A model generated the notes under the pieces. That model did not search any database, was not told where the DNA came from, and was given only the letters and a program-made list of their open reading frames with translations. Shown piece after piece: positions 40,620-48,122 of a stretch of DNA of 64,000 bases. Source of the stretch: Planctomycetota bacterium (GTDB lineage Bacteria; Planctomycetota; B15-G4; SIAN01); contig JANNXA010000055.1 of NCBI GenBank assembly GCA_031409275.1, positions 448,001 through 512,000 on the forward strand. Reading direction: 5' to 3'. The position numbers and the translations under genes were made by a program. Positions within the stretch are counted from its first letter, which is position 1; every line of letters begins with the position of its first letter.

Positions 40620-40710
40620 CGAACCAAGCCCGCGAGTCGCCGACTTCACCACGCGAGCGGCTCTGACCGAGATTCGGGACACCTCCCCCATCGCCTGGAA
40701 GAGATGCCCG

Positions 40711-41541
40711 ATGCGACTGCTCACCCTCTGCACCGCTCTGATCGCACCCTTCGGCTTCGCCGCCGCGACCCCGCGGGCGGCCAACGAGCGCGCCCCGTCG
40801 GCCGGCTTCGAAGGACGGCTCGAAGCCTCGCAGAACGTCCTGGTCGGCAGCTCGGGCGAGGGGCTGCTGCACGAACTGCGCGTCGAACTCGGCGACGTGG
40901 TGGAAGCGGGTGCCGAGATCGCCTGCCTCGATCCACGCCCGCAGCAGCTTCAGGTCGAGCTGGCGGCCGCCCGTGCTTCGCGCACCGCGGGCAACCAACG
41001 CGCCCACGCGGCGGTCGCGGAACTGGATCGTCAGCTCGCGCAACGCGCGGCGCTGTTCCAGGATGGCCTGATCGCTGGAAGCGAGAAGGAAGAGCTGCTC
41101 GCGAAGCGCCGCCAGGCCGAGATCGACCTGCTTGAAACAGAGGAGACGCTGGCGCTCGATCGTCTGGAGCACCGCCGAGCGCTCCTCGACCTCGACGCCA
41201 CGCGGATTCGCGCGCCGATCCGCGGCGTGGTGGCCGAGCGCTGCCACTTCGTCGGTGAGTACATCAGCCGCGGCGATCCCGGAATCGTGCGATTGCTGGC
41301 GCTCGATCCGCTGATCGTCGAGGTCGCCTTGCCGGTGCAGATGCTGGGTGCCGTGACCGTCGGCGATCGCGCCACGCTGTCGTTGGAGCACGCCCCCGAA
41401 ACGCTGCTCGAAGCGACCGTGAAGGTCGTCGAGCGACAGGTCGACACGGCGAGTTCGACCTTCGTCGTGCGCCTCGAACTGCGAAATGAGGGCGAGCGGA
41501 TTCCCGCCGGACTCCGCTGCCAGGTCCGTTTCGCGAAGTGA
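40711..41541 (+). CDS. Periplasmic adaptor / membrane fusion protein (HlyD/RND-MFP family) with signal peptide
   Basis: Lipoyl-like halves (EG..ELRVELGDVVEAGAEIACLD; IRAPIRGVV..GE), helical hairpin, beta-barrel (VDTASSTF.VR..N..IPAGL). Confidence 0.88.
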   Translation: MRLLTLCTALIAPFGFAAATPRAANERAPSAGFEGRLEASQNVLVGSSGEGLLHELRVELGDVVEAGAEIACLDPRPQQLQVELAAARASRTAGNQRAHAAVAELDRQLAQRAALFQDGLIAGSEKEELLAKRRQAEIDLLETEETLALDRLEHRRALLDLDATRIRAPIRGVVAERCHFVGEYISRGDPGIVRLLALDPLIVEVALPVQMLGAVTVGDRATLSLEHAPETLLEATVKVVERQVDTASSTFVVRLELRNEGERIPAGLRCQVRFAK

Positions 41542-44500
41542 CCGAACCGCAAAACGGTGGCGCGCGCGCCACCGCGGAGATCCGCATGGCGACCGATTCC
41601 TCCAGGCCCGACGCCTCCCTTGCAACTCCCAAGCGACCCGACGAACCGGCCCCGGCTCCGCTGAATGCGGTTCCAGTGCGGCCGGCCCGCTCGTTTGAAG
41701 TGGAGAGCCTCGAGAATCGCGTCCTGCTCTCGGCGACCTGGATCGACCCGTCGACGCTGGAGGAGCAGTCCGGCGCGACCGAACACGACGACGCATTCAG
41801 CGGCGACGAGGGTGCAAACGAGGCGCATGGCCTGGGCGGTGACGACCACCTGACGGGCGGAGGGGGCGACGACGCGCTGTTTGGCGACGACGGCGACGAC
41901 ACCCTCGACGGCGGCGCCGGCGATGACACGCTCGATGGCGGGGAGGGCCGCGATGCGGCGGACTACTCGCATGCCGAGAAGGGAGTGACCGTCGACCTCG
42001 GCACGGACGGGGGTCAGGACACCGAAGGGGCTGGGAAGGACACGCTCGTCTCCATCGAGGACGTGATCGGGTCGAGCCACGACGACCGCCTCACCGGCAA
42101 CGATGCGGACAACCTGCTGGCCGGCGGCGCTGGCGACGATCGCCTCGAGGGCGGCGCCGGAGATGACACGCTGCGCGGTGGCGCAGGGAACGACCGACTC
42201 GACGGCGGCAAGGGGCACGACACGGTCGACTATTCCGACGCCGAGAAGGGCGTCCACGTGGACCTCACGCTCGAGAAGGAGCAGGACACCGGCGGCGGCG
42301 GCACCGATCGGCTCACCGACGTCGAAGGGGCGATCGGCAGCAACGAAGCCGACCGTTTCTCATTCAGCGGAGCGGCGGCGGACGATCACTTCACGATCGA
42401 CGGCGCCGGCGGCCACGACACGCTCGATCTCCGTTCCTTTTCGAGCAAGGACGCGGAGGTTTCGACCAAGGACGGTCACGTCACCGTCTTCCTCGACGCC
42501 AAGCACCAAGAGAGCTTCACGATCGACTTCGCGAACGTGGAGAGCCTTGAGTTCGCCGACGGCGTCGTTTCCACGATCGACGACGTCAACGTGGCGCCCA
42601 CGGCGGACGCCGGCGCCGACCTGACCGGATTCGAGGGAGCGTCCGTCACGCTTCAAGGCAGTGGCCTGGACGCGGATGGCGACGCGTTGACCTACACATG
42701 GACGCAGGTCAGCGGACCGACCGTCACCCTGAATGATCCGCACGCGGCCACGCCGACCTTCACCGTACCCGCAGGCGGAGCCGGTGCCGCGGTCGTCTTC
42801 CAACTGACGGTCAGCGATGGGACCCACACGGCGACCGACTCGGTATCGGTCGATCTCACGAGTCCGGCGTGCGAGGCCGTCCGCGCCCTGCCCTACACGA
42901 GCTTTCGCACGCTCACGCCGGCTCAGGTCGACTACCTCACGCCAGCTCAGCTCGCCACGATCCCCAACACCGACTGGTTCGCGACCATGTCCGCCGACGC
43001 GCGCGCCTCGCTCAACGCGACGCAGGTGCAGGCGCTCAACACCGCCACCGTCTCGATTGGCTACCTCACCGCCGATCAGCGCGAGTCGCTTACCACCACC
43101 CAGATCGGGCGGCTCACCTACGGCAACTTCCGCTACCTCTCCGCCAACGGCGCCGACCACCTCACCACTACCCAGCTCGCGACGATCCCGAATACCGATT
43201 GGTTCGCGACCATGTCGGCCGACGCGCGCGCCTCGCTCGACGCGACGCAGGTGCAGGCGCTCAACACCGCCACCATCTCGATTGGCTACCTCACCGCCAA
43301 TCAGCGCGAGTCGCTGACCACACCGCAGATCGAGCGGCTCACCTACGGCAACTTCCGCTACCTCTCCGCGAGCGGCGTCGACCACCTCACCACCACCCAG
43401 CTCGCGACGATCCCGAATACCGATTGGTTCGCGACCATGTCGGCTGACGCGCGTGCCTCGCTCGACGCGACGCAGGTGCAGGCGCTCAACACCGCCACCA
43501 TCTCGATTGGCTACCTCACCGCCAATCAGCGCGAGTCGCTCACCACACCGCAGATCGAGCGGCTCACCTACGGCAACTTCCGCTACGTGCCGGTGAGTCG
43601 GATCACGGAGCTGACAACGACCCAGCTCGGGACGATCCCAAGTGCGGACTGGTTCAACACGTTGTCGAGTGGCCAGCGCGCGGCGTTCACGGCCGATCAG
43701 CGACTCGCCCTTTCGAGTTCGATCTCAGGCGTCGTCTTCGCTGGAGGGTCAGGAAATGACGTCCTCACCGGCAACTCGAGCGACAACGTGCTGCGCGGTG
43801 GCGACGGCAACGACACTCTTTCGGGCGGGGCCGGGAACGATCTCCTCGATGGCGGGTCGGGCGCCGACACGCTGCTCGGCGGAAGCGGCAACGACCAGCT
43901 TCGCGGCGGCGCCGGCAACGACACGCTGATCGCTGGTGGCGGCAACGATTCGCTCGACGGCGGCAGCGGCAACGACACCTTGTCGACGAGCGGCGCCGTC
44001 GCTGGCGATCGACTGACGGTGGAGGGAGGTGACGGAGACGACCTCCTCGATCTCGGGACGATCCGTTCGGATCAGGTGACCTACGGCACCAGCCAGGTGA
44101 TCGTGACGCTGCAAAACGGTGGCACGGTCACCATCGATCACCACGGCGTCGAGCGGGTGCGCTTCAGCGATCGTGAGACGGCGCTTCCGACCGGCCCCGT
44201 CGCACCGGTCAACACGGCTCCTATCGCAGTCGCCGGCGCGGGCACGATCAACGAAGACGGCACGGCCACGATCACGCTTCAAGGCAGTGATTCCGACAAC
44301 GGCGATTCGGTCGAGGCGTTCCGCGTCACGACGCTGCCCGAACACGGCACGTTCCTGCTGAACGGCCAGCCGGTGGTGGCGGGCGGAATGATCACCGCAC
44401 AAGCCATCGCGACGGGCTCACTGACGTTCCAACCTGACGCCAACTGGAATGGCGACGCGACGATCGCGTTTCAGACGTTCGATGGTGAGGCGTGGTCGTC

Positions 44501-45737
44501 CAATGTCGGCACCTTCACGGTCCACGTGCTCCCGGTCAACGATGGCCCGACTGCCGAAGCGGGCGCGCCGCAATCAGTCGCTGAGGGCGATCAGGTCACG
44601 CTCGCAGGACATGGCAGCGATCCCGAAGGCACCCCGCTCACCTACCAGTGGCGGCAAGTGAGCGGGCCTGCCGTGGTGCTCAGCGACGCGCGCGCCGCTG
44701 CTCCGACCTTCACCGCCCCCGAAGGGCTCGTCAACACCGCCATCGTCTTCGAGCTCTCGGTCAGCGATGGCACCACCACCTCTCTCGACAGCGTCACCGT
44801 CACGGTCGCCGCCGATGACGATGCCCCCACTGCTGAAGCGGGGGATCCGCAGCGCGCCGCTCCGGGCACGTCGGTCGTCATTCGCGGCAGCGGGGCGGAC
44901 GTCGACAGTCCAGGACTCACCTACACGTGGCGCCAACGCGATGGCGCTGCCGTCACGGTCGAGAGTCCTCACGATTCCACGCTGAGATTCGTCGCACCCA
45001 CCGTGTCGCAGGATCAGGTGCTGCGGTTTGAACTCGAGGTGAGCGACGGTACTTCGAAGTCGTTCGACGAAGTGTTCGTCTACGTGCGCGCTCAGCCGAC
45101 CGAGGCAACGCCGCCCGCCCCGATGTCCGAGGGCGACGACGAACCCGTAAGTTCCGTGCAGCCGCCAGTCGCGCTCGTGCCCGAGAGTGTCGATCCGGCG
45201 ATCGAGCCCGGCGACCTCGCGATCCTCGACGCGACGCTCCCGGGCGTCGAAGCGGGGCGCATCGAGGATGCTCCGGAACTCGACGCGGCCACCGATCGAA
45301 CGGGCGACGGGCCCGGTCTGAACGCGCGAGCGCCTGCCATGTCGTTGGGCGGCTTCACCTTTGACCCTGAACGCGTCGTCGTGGAGCCTCTCGAGGTCGC
45401 GCCGGTGCTAGGCGCAACGGGCGCCCCCAGCTTCGAGACTCTCGAGGGGCGCGCACGCACGCTCGAGGAGCGCTGGACCCCGGTCGACCCGCCAGCGTCT
45501 TTGAGTCTCGATACCGCGGTCGACCGCGGGCCCGCCGATCCGCGTACGGATCTCCCACGCCCCGGTCGCGACTCCGACGTCCCCGCGGCCGCCGACGCCC
45601 CGGGAGCCCCTCCAACGGGATGGGTAGGTTCACTAAACGCACTACTCCAGGGTGCGAAAGCGACTTGGCTGACGACGCAGGCGCCTCCAGACCAGCGCGA
45701 TCTGAGCCGCCGCCGCAACGACTCATCTCGTCCTTGA
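41538..45737 (+). CDS. Large LEPR-XLL-leader surface/adhesin-like protein with RTX Ca-binding repeats, PKD-like and cadherin/Big-like domains and a 75-aa tandem repeat
   Basis: FEVESLENRVLLSA near the N-terminus; GGxGxDxL nonapeptides in two blocks; APTADAG..YTWTQVSG..VSDG domains x3; NEDG..FQPDANWNG domain; no Sec signal. Start is GTG 41538 (coupled to the MFP) or ATG 41586. Confidence 0.88.
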   Translation: MTEPQNGGARATAEIRMATDSSRPDASLATPKRPDEPAPAPLNAVPVRPARSFEVESLENRVLLSATWIDPSTLEEQSGATEHDDAFSGDEGANEAHGLGGDDHLTGGGGDDALFGDDGDDTLDGGAGDDTLDGGEGRDAADYSHAEKGVTVDLGTDGGQDTEGAGKDTLVSIEDVIGSSHDDRLTGNDADNLLAGGAGDDRLEGGAGDDTLRGGAGNDRLDGGKGHDTVDYSDAEKGVHVDLTLEKEQDTGGGGTDRLTDVEGAIGSNEADRFSFSGAAADDHFTIDGAGGHDTLDLRSFSSKDAEVSTKDGHVTVFLDAKHQESFTIDFANVESLEFADGVVSTIDDVNVAPTADAGADLTGFEGASVTLQGSGLDADGDALTYTWTQVSGPTVTLNDPHAATPTFTVPAGGAGAAVVFQLTVSDGTHTATDSVSVDLTSPACEAVRALPYTSFRTLTPAQVDYLTPAQLATIPNTDWFATMSADARASLNATQVQALNTATVSIGYLTADQRESLTTTQIGRLTYGNFRYLSANGADHLTTTQLATIPNTDWFATMSADARASLDATQVQALNTATISIGYLTANQRESLTTPQIERLTYGNFRYLSASGVDHLTTTQLATIPNTDWFATMSADARASLDATQVQALNTATISIGYLTANQRESLTTPQIERLTYGNFRYVPVSRITELTTTQLGTIPSADWFNTLSSGQRAAFTADQRLALSSSISGVVFAGGSGNDVLTGNSSDNVLRGGDGNDTLSGGAGNDLLDGGSGADTLLGGSGNDQLRGGAGNDTLIAGGGNDSLDGGSGNDTLSTSGAVAGDRLTVEGGDGDDLLDLGTIRSDQVTYGTSQVIVTLQNGGTVTIDHHGVERVRFSDRETALPTGPVAPVNTAPIAVAGAGTINEDGTATITLQGSDSDNGDSVEAFRVTTLPEHGTFLLNGQPVVAGGMITAQAIATGSLTFQPDANWNGDATIAFQTFDGEAWSSNVGTFTVHVLPVNDGPTAEAGAPQSVAEGDQVTLAGHGSDPEGTPLTYQWRQVSGPAVVLSDARAAAPTFTAPEGLVNTAIVFELSVSDGTTTSLDSVTVTVAADDDAPTAEAGDPQRAAPGTSVVIRGSGADVDSPGLTYTWRQRDGAAVTVESPHDSTLRFVAPTVSQDQVLRFELEVSDGTSKSFDEVFVYVRAQPTEATPPAPMSEGDDEPVSSVQPPVALVPESVDPAIEPGDLAILDATLPGVEAGRIEDAPELDAATDRTGDGPGLNARAPAMSLGGFTFDPERVVVEPLEVAPVLGATGAPSFETLEGRARTLEERWTPVDPPASLSLDTAVDRGPADPRTDLPRPGRDSDVPAAADAPGAPPTGWVGSLNALLQGAKATWLTTQAPPDQRDLSRRRNDSSRP
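42879..43720 (+). repeat. 225-bp in-frame tandem repeat (3 full copies plus partial flanks)
   Basis: cagctcg..acgatccc recurs at 42948, 43173, 43398, 43623 (exact 225-nt period); copies 2 and 3 are nearly identical. Confidence 0.95.
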
Positions 45738-45819
45738 GTCGCGGCCGAAGAGAGCGTCACACGCACTCAGGCTCCGTTGCAGCCGATTGACGCCTGCCGG
45801 ACGGACGGACGAGGTCCTC

Positions 45820-46239
45820 ATGTTCGACTCCGAATCAACGACCTCGCCCTCTGCGCTCGACCAGGAGACGCTCCGGTCCCTCGAGAAGCAGACCGCCCCC
45901 GAGATCGTCCGCGAGCGCGGCAGCGTCCGCATCGAGCACAAGCTGAAGGTGGTGGTCCGCTCGGGCAACTCGAGCGCACTGCTCGCCTTCAAGATCCAGG
46001 GCCTGACGGCTGACTTGAGTCGCGGCGGTTGCCGTCTGCTGCTCCCGCTGCCGCTCGGCGTCGGTGACATCTATCGACTCGACTTCGACGACAGCGCGCA
46101 CAAGCTTCCGCAGCTCTTCGCTCGCTGCGTGCGCTGCCGCCTCCTGCGCGAGGATGCGTTCGAGGCGGGCATGCAGTTCTTCACTCCGGTCGATCTGCCC
46201 GCCTCGCTGCAGCCGCAAGGCAAGGACCTGCTCGATTGA
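45820..46239 (+). CDS. Stand-alone PilZ domain protein (c-di-GMP receptor)
   Basis: RxxxR (RGSVR) and DxSxxG (DLSRGG) both intact; C-terminal EAGMQF; SD gagg before ATG 45820. Confidence 0.88.
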   Translation: MFDSESTTSPSALDQETLRSLEKQTAPEIVRERGSVRIEHKLKVVVRSGNSSALLAFKIQGLTADLSRGGCRLLLPLPLGVGDIYRLDFDDSAHKLPQLFARCVRCRLLREDAFEAGMQFFTPVDLPASLQPQGKDLLD

Positions 46240-48122
46240 GCGGCAGCGCCACCTCGACCTCTGCTGCGACTGCAGCCGCAACGTCTCGCTCCGACGGCTG
46301 CGTGCGCGAGCTGCTTGACCGCGCGCGCGCAACGCCATCCGCCGGCGATTTCGTGCGAGCGGCGCTGCCCTGCCTCGCGGCGCGCTTCGCAAGCCCGTGC
46401 GTGCAGATCGAGCTGCATGGCTCGGCGAGCAGCCAACGAGAACGCTTCATCGCCGACGGCGCCGACCCGACGTTCTGGAGCGAACCGGTCGAACGCGCGC
46501 TCCTCGACGCGCTCGCCGACGGACGCGCCAACGTGCAGCTCTATCGAAACGAGGACGGCGTGATCGGCCTCGCGCGCCTCGCCGTGCCGCTGCTCGACCG
46601 CAGCGGGCGCAGTATCGGCGCACTCGCACTGATGGCACGCTGCGCGAGCGCGCCGGAAGCGCAGGCGCTATCCGGAGAACTCCAGGCGCTCGCCGCGTTG
46701 ATCGCTGGGGCGACCACCGCAACGACCGCGACGACGGCGGTGGCCGCGGCCGGGACGCCAGGCGATGCCACGCTCACGGCGCGCAAGGCGGCCCCGTTCG
46801 GCTCGGCGCGCGAGCTCTGCTACACGATCGCCAACCAGCTGCGAAACAAGAGCGGATGCGAGCGCGTCAGCGTCGCTCGCGTGAACGGAGCTCACGTCGA
46901 GTTGATCTGTTTGTCGGGCCAGGCCGAGGTCCAGCACGACAGTCCGCGCATCCACGCCCTGGTCGCCGCGCTCGGCGAGTGCCTCGACCACGGACCGCGC
47001 CTGGTCTGCCAGCACCCCGACAGTGCCGTCGAAGGCGCCATGCAAAGCGGCCCGTATCGTCTGCATCGCGCATGGCACGAGCAGTCCGGCGGCAGCTGCG
47101 TCGCAAGCCTGCGCCTCGCCGATGATGGCGCGGCGCGCCTGCTGATCGGGCTGGAGCGCGGCAGCACGCAGCCGTTTCGCAGCGACGAGCTCGACGAGCT
47201 CGCGAAGCTCGTGCAGCCCTACGTCGCGGCGCTCGATCTGCTGGATCGGGCCCACGCCGGCGTGCTGAGCCATGTGCGCCGCGCCACCGTCGATTGGAGC
47301 CGCGATCTGGTTCGCCCGCGACATTGGCGGCGCAAGGCGATCGTGGCGGCCGCCGCGGCGTTCATCGGTTGGCTCGCGCTGGGACGCATGGCCTACGAGA
47401 TCCCGGTACCGGCCTCGTTGCGGGCCGCCTCGACGCGCCGCATTGCCGCACCGTTCGACGGCGTCCTGGCTGCGGTGGCGATCGTCCCGGGAACGAGGGT
47501 CCGTTCCGGCGATGTCCTCGCCCAGCTCGACACGCGCGAGATCGAACTCGAATCGCAGCGCCTCGCGCACGAGCTGGCAGTGGCTCGACTCGAAGAACGC
47601 AGAGCGTTCGCGGAGCGTCGCTTCAATGAGGCCGCGATCGCGCGCGCCCGCGGCGACGAGCTGACCGCGCAGGCAGAGCTGGGTGCGGAGCAGCTGTCGC
47701 GTGCCACGCTGCGTGCCCCGTTCGACGGCTGGCTGCTTCGCGGCGATCTGCGCGAGCAGGTCGGAGCACGCCTCGCGCGGGGTCAGGAGCTGTTCGAGGT
47801 GGCGCCTGGTCTGGAGCTCGAGTTCGAGCTCGAGTTGCCGGAAGCGCAGTTCGATGCGGCACTCGCCGGTGCGCCAGCCCGCTTCAGCCCGTTCGCCCGC
47901 CCCGAACAGGACGAGCGAGTCGAGGTCGCGAAGGTCGCGCCGGTCGCCGAGATGAGGAACGGCCGCAACGTCTTCGTGCTCACGGCCGCGTCGACCGGCG
48001 TTCCGTCCGGCCTGCGACCGGGCATGGAGGGCATCGCCGTGGTCGAGGCGGGGCGACGGCCGGTCTGGTGGGTCTTCAGCCACCGCGCCGTCGACTGGCT
48101 GCGGCTGCACGTCTGGCCATGA
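46236..48122 (+). CDS. GAF-like domains + TM + HlyD-type membrane fusion protein
   Basis: GAF-like motifs (AVPLLDRSGRSIGALAL; GLER..PF...EL), TM KAIVAAAAAFIGWLALG, APFDG..GDVLAQLD, LRAPFDG, LRPGMEG; TTGA overlap with pilZ. Confidence 0.82.
   Translation: MSGSATSTSAATAAATSRSDGCVRELLDRARATPSAGDFVRAALPCLAARFASPCVQIELHGSASSQRERFIADGADPTFWSEPVERALLDALADGRANVQLYRNEDGVIGLARLAVPLLDRSGRSIGALALMARCASAPEAQALSGELQALAALIAGATTATTATTAVAAAGTPGDATLTARKAAPFGSARELCYTIANQLRNKSGCERVSVARVNGAHVELICLSGQAEVQHDSPRIHALVAALGECLDHGPRLVCQHPDSAVEGAMQSGPYRLHRAWHEQSGGSCVASLRLADDGAARLLIGLERGSTQPFRSDELDELAKLVQPYVAALDLLDRAHAGVLSHVRRATVDWSRDLVRPRHWRRKAIVAAAAAFIGWLALGRMAYEIPVPASLRAASTRRIAAPFDGVLAAVAIVPGTRVRSGDVLAQLDTREIELESQRLAHELAVARLEERRAFAERRFNEAAIARARGDELTAQAELGAEQLSRATLRAPFDGWLLRGDLREQVGARLARGQELFEVAPGLELEFELELPEAQFDAALAGAPARFSPFARPEQDERVEVAKVAPVAEMRNGRNVFVLTAASTGVPSGLRPGMEGIAVVEAGRRPVWWVFSHRAVDWLRLHVWP

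Noticed and set aside
42879..43720. Long direct repeats as a possible CRISPR array or mobile-element repeat
   Set aside because: The period is 225 nt and in frame, there are no unique spacers, and no cas genes are present. It is a protein-coding repeat.
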